NCBI RefSeq assembly: GCF_001194135.2
Contig: NC_068995.1
Span: forward strand, 13,838,333 to 13,902,332
Length of the DNA: 64,000 bases
DNA from: Octopus bimaculoides
Taxonomy: Eukaryota
Reading direction: 5' to 3'
Below the pieces are notes generated by a model that saw nothing but the letters and a program-made list of their open reading frames with translations, was not told the DNA's origin and did no database searches. Numbering within the stretch: the stretch's first letter is position 1; every line of letters starts with the position of its first letter. A program made the translations under genes and the position numbers. Of the stretch, positions 37,346-48,825 are shown piece after piece.

Positions 37346-39792
37346 CATCATGTGATTTTAGACAGTACCTTTGACTTTTTCCATTCAGTGGGTTTTTAAC
37401 CCTATACTTAAATGTTTTTATTAATAGCTTTATCTACTTAAAGTTCCACCATTAAAAGAGAACTGTTATTATTGTGGTAGTGGTTGTGGGGAGGTGTCAT
37501 TGTTACTGTTTATTATTTAATGTATTAAAGCATCTTCAATCAAATTATCTTTTGCTAATGAGAAAATTGGTTTTTAAAATGCTTTTAGGATTTTGTTTAG
37601 AATGTCTGTTGTACATGAAGTTCTGTTTATTTGTTAGTAACAACTTACATCGCATAAATTAGAGGCTGATATATTTCTTTTTCACATCATAAAAAGCCCT
37701 TCCGCACTAACTAAAACAAAAGCTGCATTTATAAATGCCAGCTACATTTTATCGTTCCCCAATTTTAGCCAAGAATTTTGGGTCTTTGACCCAATTCTTT
37801 TTTATCAACTTGTACATTCTTCTCACCCACTCTTCTCCTAATGCTTCTGTCAGCAACACTGCCTTGCTTGTTAGCAACTCTGTAAACAAATACCCTTTTC
37901 TTCTCAACAGTTAATTTTCTTATATCATCTCTTATTCATTATGTAAAGCCACCTACTTTCTCTTTTTTAGCTGTAGAGCTGTAGCTCGTAGAGTCTGCCT
38001 GTATCTGATTATATCTCGGCAAACATCCTTAAACAACTTGCTAAAATGCTCAGTTAGCATCCTTAAATATGTTCCATATCTCTTCATTCCTCTCAGATTT
38101 TCAATTACTCTTCAGTTTTTAAGGACTTCCTTTTAACTCCATGTTTCTTTAACCCTTTACTGGTTATTAATGCTATCTCTTGTAGTAGACTACTGATGTG
38201 TTTCTCTAAATTTAAAAAAAATAATCTCTGGCATGGCTATGTGGTTAAGAAGCTTGCTTCCCAACCGTGTGGCTTCAGGTACAGTGCCACTGTCTGGCAC
38301 CTTGTGTAAGTGTCTTACTATTGCTCCTGTGGCTGACCGAAGCCTTGTGAGTGGAAACTGGAAGAAACGTGTCGTGTGTGTGTGTGTGTGTGCCCTTGTC
38401 TTGAAATCGTGTGATGATTGTAAGCAAGTTTCCTTGTCTTACAAGCAATGTTGTTTGTTTCCAGACTTTCATGGAAAGCTTGTCCAGTCATGGAGAAATA
38501 TTTCTTTGCTTGGAGACAGGCAGCAGGAATGGCATCTGGCCATAGAAAATCTGCCTCAACAAATTTCGTCTGACCCATACAAGCATAATAAAGTGGATGT
38601 TGAAACAAAGACAATGAATGGTAGTGATGATCTAATATGATTAACTTTCTGTAAAGAGATTTATGGCATGTAGTTATCATTTTTAATAGCCTTGATGAAC
38701 TGTAATTGGGTAGGAAATTAGTTAATTTGAACACCTGAGAACATTCCACAAATACAACATCCCAGATATGCAAGGCTTCAGTCTGAATTAGGTCACACTA
38801 TGCAGTAAGTGATTTATAGTTCTGTTCCAGTCATGACTTGCCTACTGCATTTGGTTAATTGTTCAACCTTTTCTTATGTAGTCATAGGTGGTGGTGGTGG
38901 CTGCTGCAGAGATGAACAATATAAACTTGGCAAATTAAAGCCTCAGTTTCCAAGGACTTAGAAATAAATGATTGGCTATTTCACAAGTAGTTTGTGCCTC
39001 ATAAGGAAATTAATGGAACATTCATTCAACTGATCACCAAATTTTTGTTTTTAAATTTTCATAATGCATCTGTATTTCTTAGCTTTTCATCTCCTGAAGA
39101 CCTAACAGTAAATATCTAAGTCCACATCAGAAGGATTTTAAATCTAGAATTGGAAATTATTGAATGTCTTCTCTTACTGTAAACCCATTGCCATTTCATT
39201 GAGTCCAGGTTGAAGTTATACCTAATTATATCATTTCCAGTGTGCTTTTCTTTATCTCTTCAAAGGAGAAACTTGGTCTGATATGAATTAACATCAGTTC
39301 TTTTCATGGCATACAGACCTGTCTTACTTTATGAATGACATTTAATTATCTGTTTAGTCAGATATTATTGTGTGTCACGTTGTGCAGGAGAAAAGGAAGT
39401 TTTTGGTCATAGCAATTAATTAATAAGGCAGAGATTTGAAATGATGAAAAGATTTTAGCTGAGCTTCTGCTATTAATGATGCTAAATGTTCAATTAATTA
39501 TTGGACCTCTATATATGTGAATGAAAATGTTGCAAGTGACCATATGAATTGATATCCTTTCTCATTATCTTAGCTGTAGTTGTCAATTAATTTCCCAACA
39601 TCTGTCTGGAATTATTTCTCTCCTTTCTCCGCACCTATCTCTCTCCATTCATGATCTGCAATTAATTATCTTCCTGTCTACCAAATATACCAACAACAAT
39701 ATTCATGAGTTACATTTTACTTAGTTACTTTAGCAGATTTTTGTTTTTTTTGCTGTTATATATAGATATAACAGATCTCATAGTTGTATCTG

Positions 39793-39937
39793 CAGTCATG
39801 GCCAAAAGTTTGGAACATAGGTCTGAAAAAATAAGAATTTATATATTAAATGCCCAAAGTTATATTGGGTCAGAGTATATATTAGGCATAACAATTTTAA
39901 TTTTTCAGAACATGTTCCAAACTTTTGGTCACAACTG
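39793..39937. mobile_element. Tc1/mariner-type MITE, 145 bp
   Basis: ~40-bp imperfect TIRs cagtcatggccaaaagtttggaacat / atgttccaaacttttggtcacaactg; TA on right flank, TG on left. Confidence 0.75.
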
Positions 39938-40249
39938 TATATTCTATATAAATGTCAAAACTTGACGTAATGTCATATCTAAGCGATGAAAAAAAAAACA
40001 ACAAAAAACAAACAAAAGAGTTTGTTTTTATCATTTGCATATTATTGACGAAAAAATAGTCATCATTGTTGATTGACAAGCTTTTCTTTCTGAAAGGTCT
40101 TGCCTCCAAATCTCTGCTCAATTTCGTATCTCATCTTTTTGATTAATTAAAAAAACACAATCTTTATTATGCACATTCTTGAGCAATAAATAGTTTCATT
40201 GAAACATTTGAACCAGACAAATAAAAAATAAAACAATTCAACAGATTAG

Positions 40250-40966
40250 NNNNNNNNNNNNNNNNNNNNNNNNNNNNNNNNNNNNNNNNNNNNNNNNNNN
40301 NNNNNNNNNNNNNNNNNNNNNNNNNNNNNNNNNNNNNNNNNNNNNNNNNNNNNNNNNNNNNNNNNNNNNNNNNNNNNNNNNNNNNNNNNNNNNNNNNNNN
40401 NNNNNNNNNNNNNNNNNNNNNNNNNNNNNNNNNNNNNNNNNNNNNNNNNNNNNNNNNNNNNNNNNNNNNNNNNNNNNNNNNNNNNNNNNNNNNNNNNNNN
40501 NNNNNNNNNNNNNNNNNNNNNNNNNNNNNNNNNNNNNNNNNNNNNNNNNNNNNNNNNNNNNNNNNNNNNNNNNNNNNNNNNNNNNNNNNNNNNNNNNNNN
40601 NNNNNNNNNNNNNNNNNNNNNNNNNNNNNNNNNNNNNNNNNNNNNNNNNNNNNNNNNNNNNNNNNNNNNNNNNNNNNNNNNNNNNNNNNNNNNNNNNNNN
40701 NNNNNNNNNNNNNNNNNNNNNNNNNNNNNNNNNNNNNNNNNNNNNNNNNNNNNNNNNNNNNNNNNNNNNNNNNNNNNNNNNNNNNNNNNNNNNNNNNNNN
40801 NNNNNNNNNNNNNNNNNNNNNNNNNNNNNNNNNNNNNNNNNNNNNNNNNNNNNNNNNNNNNNNNNNNNNNNNNNNNNNNNNNNNNNNNNNNNNNNNNNNN
40901 NNNNNNNNNNNNNNNNNNNNNNNNNNNNNNNNNNNNNNNNNNNNNNNNNNNNNNNNNNNNNNNNNN
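40250..40966. other. Assembly gap (one of ten)
   Basis: N runs at 2172-2471, 9685-10451, 19539-20186, 29685-29694, 40250-40966, 45733-46328, 46939-47840, 53769-53995, 58704-59403, 60774-60783; most abut microsatellites or repeats. Confidence 0.98.
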
Positions 40967-41012
<46 letters not shown>

Positions 41013-41289
41013 CCTCTCTCACTGTTCTGTCTGTCTGCCTGTCTCTGTTTTTTTTTTTTAAAGTTATTTCTATTCCTTGCAATACTCTCAAAGTTTAATA
41101 TCACCCTCATCAACATTCCTCTTCACACAACACTTTAGCAATGTGAAGCATCATGCTTCAGACATCTGAGCTTTATATAGTTTCTTAAGTACAACCAAAC
41201 TAATTCATCTTTTTCTTAATTGTCCACCCTCACATATTCACCTACACTGATAATAATAATTGTATGTTAAAGTGGTAATAAAGAAAACC

Positions 41290-41510
41290 TTATCTACTAT
41301 AGGCATGAGACCTGAAATTTTGGTGGAGGGGACTAGTTGATTATATCAATCCCAGTGTTTCACTGGTAGTTATTTTATCAACCCCGAAAGGATGAAAAAC
41401 AAAGTCAACTTCAGTGGAATTTGATCTCAGAAAGTAAAGACAAGTGAAATGCCGCTAAAGCATTTTACTTGGCATGCTAATGGTTCTGCCAGCTCGCCAC
41501 CTTAATAATA
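41290..41510 (-). mobile_element. SINE family B copy
   Basis: Reverse complement of family B: ccccgaaaggatgaaa, gatctcaga, ttctgccagctcgccacctt followed by (AAT)n. Confidence 0.8.
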
Positions 41511-41817
41511 ATAATTTATGGAGATAGATGTAAGGTTTTCATGAAAGTGTAAATACAATTAGAAGAGCGTGATATATTTGATAAAACAGATTGATTTTGT
41601 TTATTGCATTGAACAATAGTTGGGTAGGTCTTTTGTCTCCAGTTTTCAAAATGAAAACTACACAGAAATGCAGAAATTCAATGCAGGATAGTCCTGTTGA
41701 AATTTTGAACTTTTGCGGAGCTGTGTATTTTTCATTTTGCAATGAACAAAGTCAATCTGTGTTTTATTACACTGTGTTGCACTCTGCTTATCGTGTATTA
41801 TTATTATTATTATTGTG

Positions 41818-42127
41818 AAGGCGCGTGGCTTAGTGGTTAGGGCATTCGGCTCACGATCGTAATGTTGTGAGTTCGATTCCTGGCGACACATTGTGCCCTT
41901 GAGCAAGGCACTTTATTTCATGTTGCTCCAGTCCACTCAGCTGGCAAAAATGAGTAGTACCTGTATTTCAAAGGGCCAGCCTTGTCCTGCTGAGCTTCCC
42001 TGAGAACTACGTTAGGGGTACACATGTCTGTCGATTGCTCAGTCACTTGCATGTTAATTTCATGAGCAGGCTGTTCCGTTGATTGTATCAGCTGGGACCC
42101 TTGCCGTCGTAACCGACGGAGTGCTCC
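41818..42127 (+). mobile_element. SINE family C, full-length young copy with tRNA-like head
   Basis: A-box tggcttagtgg, B-box gagttcgattcc, gtgcccttgagcaaggcac CORE-like segment, end gtcgtaaccgacggagtgc plus (ATT)n. Homologs at ~20187-20400, ~47960-48150, ~56013-56290. Confidence 0.85.
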
Positions 42128-42155
42128 TATTATTATTATTATTATTATTAATATT

Positions 42156-42630
42156 AAGGCAGTGAGCTGGCAAAATCATTGCAGTGCTGGGCAGAATGCT
42201 TAGCAGCATACTTATGTATTTACGTTCTGAGTTCAAATTCCGCCAAAGTTACTTTGCCTTTCATCTTTTCTAGGTCAGTAAAATGGACACTGGGGTCAAT
42301 GTAACTGACTTACCCCCTTCCACAAATCTACTGGCCTTATACCAAAATTTGGCACCATTATTAAAGGTGGTGAGCTGGCAGATTTGCTAGCACGCTGGGC
42401 AAAGTGATTAGTAGCACTTTGTCTGTCTTTGCATTCTGAGTTCAAACTCCACCAAGGTTGACTTAGCTTTTCATCTTTTTGGATCAATGAAATAAGTACC
42501 AGTTACACACTGGGGTCGATGTAATTGACCAGCTCCCACCCCAAAATTTCAGGCCTAGTGCTTATAGTAGAAAGGATGATTATTATTGTTTATTGTTATT
42601 GTTTATATTATTTATTATTATTATTATTTA
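42156..42630 (+). mobile_element. Two head-to-tail SINE family B copies whose (ATT)n tail abuts the SLMAP acceptor
   Basis: Heads aaggcagtgagctggc (42156) and aaggtggtgagctggc (~42364); both have gagttcaaa B-box and ctggggtc(a/g)atgtaa core. Confidence 0.85.
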
Positions 42631-42665
42631 TTTTTTAGGTTAAAGGGGAGGCTAAATGACCAGCA
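42631..42665 (+). promoter_or_regulatory. 3' splice site (ttttttAG, 42631-42638) and 27-nt 5'UTR portion of the SLMAP exon (42639-42665)
   Basis: T-rich tract ending in AG 27 nt before the ATG; implies at least one upstream non-coding exon. Full exon 42639-42854 = 216 nt. Confidence 0.75.
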
Positions 42666-42854
42666 ATGTCAGCTGTGGCCATTTTAACATGTACACCAAA
42701 TTCACACCCATTCCTAGCAAGGCACATAACTCTTCATGAACCAGTCAAAGTGGGTAGATCTGTTGCTAGGGCACGTCCATCACCCAGCAATGGCACATTT
42801 GACTGCAAAGTTCTGTCAAGGAACCATGCTATTCTCTGGTACAAGAATGGAAAG
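42666..42854 (+). CDS. SLMAP: First coding exon of sarcolemmal membrane-associated protein (SLMAP) ortholog, N-terminal part of FHA domain; gene continues beyond this exon
   Basis: Encodes [63 protein letters not shown], matching the SLMAP N-terminus as I recall it ([24 protein letters not shown]; FHA G-R and S-xx-H motifs). In-frame TGA at 42657-42659 supports this ATG. Donor AAG|GTAAGT at 42854/42855, 63 codons, phase 0. ORF-track residues after NGK are intron read-through. Confidence 0.93.
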
Positions 42855-42860
42855 GTAAGT
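42855..42860 (+). promoter_or_regulatory. Consensus 5' splice donor GTAAGT
   Basis: AG|GTAAGT is a perfect U2 donor located where SLMAP similarity ends. Confidence 0.9.
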
Positions 42861-43088
42861 GACATGCTTTATAAATTTTAATTAATTTTCTGACCTGCAC
42901 AAAGCCAGAAATTTGAGGGTTGGGCTTGGTTGATTAAATTGCTCCTACTATTCTACTGACGGTTACTTTGATTAGTTGGGCTGAACACCTCGTTAGTAGG
43001 GTGTGGCAATATTTTGATGGGATGTGGGCTATGTCATTCAGTGAACAAACATTTGCAATAAAGTTATATATATTTTATATATATATAT

Positions 43089-43336
43089 TTTATATAAGGG
43101 CATTACTATACATGAATGCCTCATGCTATGAGGGACTCTAAGGTCAAACTACCATAGTAAACACATTTTTACCGAACACGAGGAAATGCAACTCTCAAAG
43201 CTTGCTTCTTAAAAACAGACTAAGCTTTGAAAGTTGCATTTCCTCGCATTCGGTAAAAATGTGTTTATTATGGTAGTTTGACCTTAGAGTCCCTCATAGC
43301 ATGAGGCATTCATGTATAGTAATGCCCTTATATAAA
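43089..43336. repeat. Near-perfect long inverted repeat: 115-bp arms, 18-nt spacer (foldback or MITE-like)
   Basis: 43089-43203 pairs with 43222-43336 with 4 mismatches, all transitions; flanks are TA/TATA. Confidence 0.95.
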
Positions 43337-43449
43337 TAAATATATTTTGGGGAATAAATGATTTTTCCTTAAGAGGTTTTTTCACGCTAGCTACTTGATA
43401 AATTCTTATAAAAGATTTATATAATGCATATATAAAGAACTCCATCGGT

Positions 43450-43758
43450 CATGAATGACCATGGGATTGCACCTTGAAAGTTCCCCTCTGAGGCACAAGT
43501 CCAGGCAAGGTTCTTTGTGGAAGACTAGCAGTCACCCATGCATACCAAACCCCACTCTCCGCTGATGTTATCCAAGGGAAAGGCAAAGGCCAATACAGCT
43601 TGGCACCAGTGACGTCACAACTCATTTCTACAGCTGAGTGAACTGGAACAACGTGAAATAAAGTGTCTTGCTCAAGAACACAACACACAATCCAGTCTGG
43701 GAATTGAACTCACTACCTCATGATTGTGAGCTTGATGGTCTAACCACTGAGCCACACA
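43450..43758 (-). mobile_element. SINE family D (head shared with family C, different 3' half)
   Basis: Minus strand gtgtggctcagtggttag...gtgagttcaattccc...gtgttcttgagcaagacactttatttcacgttg; partial homolog at ~22070-22260. Confidence 0.8.
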
Positions 43759-44634
43759 CATGCTATATACTTTGACCATTCATTGTGGGATTTGTGTTTA
43801 GAAAATCAGTGTGCATGGGACAGTGGTTATGACAGATTGGTTAACTACAAGGTTGATTATTCCATACTAGGGGATTTTGTCTATTGATTTGATTCCAATG
43901 ACTATCTCAAGGTTCTGAGTTCGAATCCCCTCCCCCATCAAGGCTGACCTCACCTTTCACCCTTTCAAGGTCAATAAAATAAAGTACCAACAAAGTACTG
44001 GAGTTGACCTAATTGATAATACCACCCCCAACAATAACTTTGTGGCCTTTTGTGTTTGTTAAAGATCAATATTTATTAATTATAAATTAATGGAATTCTA
44101 CATTCCATATTTTGGAACCAATCAGTTAATGAAATGGTTTGAGGATCAAATTTAGAATAGATCGATTTATTTCTGCCACTTTCTGATTTGTCTTTTGTAT
44201 AGGTTCATTTTAAAAGTATTCCTTGTAGTTATTGTATAGTGTAGTTCTGTGGTAGTGTGGAGGTTGTGTACTTCTATGGTACATTCTCTTCTTCTGTGTC
44301 CTCTGTAAGAGAGATGTTTAACTCTAAATTCACCTCAATTGAACAAACCTCTGATTGGAGGTATTCTGGATATGACATCATTACATTTTTTAAAAAAGTT
44401 TTAAAGGAAATAGTGCATCTCCCCATCAACAAAAAAAGTTAAGATTGGTATGAGGGAGATTTAGCTGCTATTTCTAGCCACTTTTTGGTCAAGGTTGATG
44501 TATTAAACTACAACTTGCTAGGCTAACTACTGAGAACACCTATGTTTGCTAGACCTGCTAGAAATACCAGCTAGATCTTGCACATGTTACACCTGATAGT
44601 TTTTATGAAAGAGGATACTTGAAAATGTATTCTG

Positions 44635-44716
<82 letters not shown>

Positions 44717-46747
44717 TGCCTAAAGACAGGATAGACATACCTGGAATACCTTTAGTAATAGTTTCAATGATTTATCAATGCATTCTGCTTGCTATATTAT
44801 GGTTGCTCAATGCAGAGTAGGCTTTGCTGATCATGAAACCATATCACAATCATTTAATGTCCATTTCTCCTTTCCATGCTTACATGGGTTATTATACCAG
44901 TGATTCTCATTTGGGGTCCTCATGACCCTTGGTGAGAGAAGGGGGTCCATTAAAATTTATGTGCAGTAAATTAGTTATGCTTCTACAATACATAAAATAT
45001 TAAAAAAATTTTTATATAGTTCCTAATGTTTATAGAAATACAATAGGATTTTTTAAAACTTCAAATGAATACTCGCACATGCATTCACCTGCTTGATGGA
45101 GTCTTTCAGTCTCTTTTTAACAAATCCACTCACAATCCATTGGTTGGCTCCATGCTATAGCAGAAGACACTTGCCCAAGGTGCCACACAGTGGGGACTGA
45201 ACCAAAGACCACGCGATTATGAAGCAGACTTCTTAACCACACAGCCACTAGAGACTTTCACGCTCTAATAGAGGACAAAGACCACTTGACTATATTGATT
45301 ATTATTAGCTGAGACATAAAATTGAGGAACTACCAAAACTAATGGGGTGCTAGCAGTGGTGGTGGTGGGGGACAGATTCCTAGCAGAGCTTGGTGAAATC
45401 CAGCTCATTTGTGGCCATTTGAAGAAAACGGTTTCGCTAAACAATAATATATATAAAAATCAATTAAAATGAAAAACAAAAAAATTTAAGGATTTTGCTG
45501 CTGATTGCATTCTTTTTGACTGAATGTCTTCCAAGTGGCTGCATTTCCTTATTGTGTTCTTTGACTGTAAGATAGAAATTATTCCGATATTGGTAATAGA
45601 TGTTGATGATGTAATATTTGTGTGATTATTTGGTGATCATTATGTAAAATCCATTGATAAATCCTTAGTAACTTAAGACTTTTGTCTTTGAAATCTTGAA
45701 GCAAAAGTTTAAGCTGGAAATCGATAGTTACCNNNNNNNNNNNNNNNNNNNNNNNNNNNNNNNNNNNNNNNNNNNNNNNNNNNNNNNNNNNNNNNNNNNN
45801 NNNNNNNNNNNNNNNNNNNNNNNNNNNNNNNNNNNNNNNNNNNNNNNNNNNNNNNNNNNNNNNNNNNNNNNNNNNNNNNNNNNNNNNNNNNNNNNNNNNN
45901 NNNNNNNNNNNNNNNNNNNNNNNNNNNNNNNNNNNNNNNNNNNNNNNNNNNNNNNNNNNNNNNNNNNNNNNNNNNNNNNNNNNNNNNNNNNNNNNNNNNN
46001 NNNNNNNNNNNNNNNNNNNNNNNNNNNNNNNNNNNNNNNNNNNNNNNNNNNNNNNNNNNNNNNNNNNNNNNNNNNNNNNNNNNNNNNNNNNNNNNNNNNN
46101 NNNNNNNNNNNNNNNNNNNNNNNNNNNNNNNNNNNNNNNNNNNNNNNNNNNNNNNNNNNNNNNNNNNNNNNNNNNNNNNNNNNNNNNNNNNNNNNNNNNN
46201 NNNNNNNNNNNNNNNNNNNNNNNNNNNNNNNNNNNNNNNNNNNNNNNNNNNNNNNNNNNNNNNNNNNNNNNNNNNNNNNNNNNNNNNNNNNNNNNNNNNN
46301 NNNNNNNNNNNNNNNNNNNNNNNNNNNNCATGCGTCTACGTAATTTGTGAAACAATCAATTTTTATATAAAGCCTCATTAGTATTGTTCGTTGTTAGTAT
46401 ACGACTAAATATTTTAGTGCAGTTTCCTTTTAAAAGACCAGCTGTCTTGTTTTTTGTTTTTTTCCTTATCTCAAATTAAATTTCTATAATTCATATACAT
46501 TTTTTTTTTTTAAATATCTTTTTTAAATATTTATAAAATCTTTATTATAAATATTTCTAGTTGCATAATTTGTAAACATTTCGCTATCACTTAATTTGAA
46601 TGTTCCACTTGGCAGCTTTCCTTTTCGGTGAGTGCCAATTAGTGTATTTTGCTCAGGGAGCAAAATGCCAAGATAGTTTTATTTTAAGTTCAACACTTCG
46701 TTCTTAACTAACCAGTTCTCACACTTCTCTCTCTGTATGTATATATA

Positions 46748-46786
<39 letters not shown>

Positions 46787-46938
46787 CATCATCATCATCA
46801 TCATCGTTTAATGTCCGCTTTCCATGCTAGCATGGGTTGGACGATTTGACTGAGGACTGGTGAAACCAGATGGCAAAACCAGGCTCCAATGTGATTTGGC
46901 AGAGTTTCTACTGCTGGATGCCCTTCCTAACGCCAACC
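46787..46938 (-). mobile_element. Family E: short retroposon carrying the RTE LINE 3' tail, young copy cut by a gap
   Basis: (CAT)n-cgtttaatgtccgctttccatgctagcatgggttggacg...ctggatgcccttcctaacgccaacc. Homologs near 1867-2110(-), 8720-8930(-), 12870-13050, 16250-16512, 21860-22010, 27250-27345, 35570-35745, 38400-38630, 49200-49365, 51690-51890, 57905-58110, 60068-60280(-). Confidence 0.8.
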
Positions 46939-48244
46939 NNNNNNNNNNNNNNNNNNNNNNNNNNNNNNNNNNNNNNNNNNNNNNNNNNNNNNNNNNNNNN
47001 NNNNNNNNNNNNNNNNNNNNNNNNNNNNNNNNNNNNNNNNNNNNNNNNNNNNNNNNNNNNNNNNNNNNNNNNNNNNNNNNNNNNNNNNNNNNNNNNNNNN
47101 NNNNNNNNNNNNNNNNNNNNNNNNNNNNNNNNNNNNNNNNNNNNNNNNNNNNNNNNNNNNNNNNNNNNNNNNNNNNNNNNNNNNNNNNNNNNNNNNNNNN
47201 NNNNNNNNNNNNNNNNNNNNNNNNNNNNNNNNNNNNNNNNNNNNNNNNNNNNNNNNNNNNNNNNNNNNNNNNNNNNNNNNNNNNNNNNNNNNNNNNNNNN
47301 NNNNNNNNNNNNNNNNNNNNNNNNNNNNNNNNNNNNNNNNNNNNNNNNNNNNNNNNNNNNNNNNNNNNNNNNNNNNNNNNNNNNNNNNNNNNNNNNNNNN
47401 NNNNNNNNNNNNNNNNNNNNNNNNNNNNNNNNNNNNNNNNNNNNNNNNNNNNNNNNNNNNNNNNNNNNNNNNNNNNNNNNNNNNNNNNNNNNNNNNNNNN
47501 NNNNNNNNNNNNNNNNNNNNNNNNNNNNNNNNNNNNNNNNNNNNNNNNNNNNNNNNNNNNNNNNNNNNNNNNNNNNNNNNNNNNNNNNNNNNNNNNNNNN
47601 NNNNNNNNNNNNNNNNNNNNNNNNNNNNNNNNNNNNNNNNNNNNNNNNNNNNNNNNNNNNNNNNNNNNNNNNNNNNNNNNNNNNNNNNNNNNNNNNNNNN
47701 NNNNNNNNNNNNNNNNNNNNNNNNNNNNNNNNNNNNNNNNNNNNNNNNNNNNNNNNNNNNNNNNNNNNNNNNNNNNNNNNNNNNNNNNNNNNNNNNNNNN
47801 NNNNNNNNNNNNNNNNNNNNNNNNNNNNNNNNNNNNNNNNGTTTCGATTCCCAGACCGGGCGTTGTGAGTGTTTATTGAGCGAAAACACCTTAAAGCTCC
47901 ACGAGGCGAACCTTGCTGTACTCTCTCACCACAACTTTCTCTCACTCTTACTTCCTGTTTCTGTTGTACCTGTATTTCAAAGGGCCAGCCTTGTCACACT
48001 CTGTGTCACGCTGAATCTCCCCGAGAACTACATTAAGGGTACACGTATCTGTGGAGTGCTCAGCCACTTGCACGTTAATTTCATGAGCAGGCTGTTCCGT
48101 TGATCGGATCAACTGGAACCCTCGACGTCGTAAGCGACTGAGTGCCAACATATTTTCTTAGATGAATTATCAATGCAGGAATTTTTACTAGTTTTCTTGA
48201 CTATTAACGCCTTCTGTTGAGTTTTCAGCTTTCATATATTATTT

Positions 48245-48825
48245 CAATCCCTCTTAGTTTCTATTGTCTTTACGTGTCCAATTTCTCTGTCCAGTTCATG
48301 GCTTTCCTTATCACCATCGCTATCTTTGCTGCCAGCACCACTGCGTCCATTATCAGTTGCAAGCACTATAACTGGCATTATCTCTGCCAGTAGCACCATC
48401 ACACCACCATTATCATTACCTACATTATCAATTCCAGCTCCACAGCTAGTATTATCACTGCTAGCATCATCATCATCATCATCATCATGATCACCACAAC
48501 CACTGTCGTCTTCATCACCATCATCATTATTACCACCAGTATCATCGTCATCATTAGCAGCAGCATCACTAAGCACCACTGCCTTTCATTATCACTGCCA
48601 GCACCAAAAGCGCCACCACCACCACCAACACCACTCTTATCACTAGCATCACCCCCACCACCACCACCACCACCACCACCACCACCTCGTTCAGTATCAA
48701 TGCTAACACTATTATTATCATTGCTACCACAATCATCATCAGCATTGCAGCGCCCTCATCATCATCATCATAACTACTGCCTGCACCTACATCACCATCA
48801 ATGCCTCATTCCTGTGCTGGCATTA
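48245..48825. repeat. Degenerate (CAT/CAC/CAG)n low-complexity tract
   Basis: Continuous catcatcac/ccaccacca triplets; source of the poly-Pro and poly-Asp pseudo-ORFs. Confidence 0.85.

Noticed and set aside
41820-41895. tRNA-like A/B boxes
   Set aside because: No complete cloverleaf; continues into SINE body, so a SINE head rather than a tRNA gene.
42855-42881. C-terminal VSDMLYKF of ORF 42666-42881
   Set aside because: Lies past the GTAAGT donor; intron read-through.
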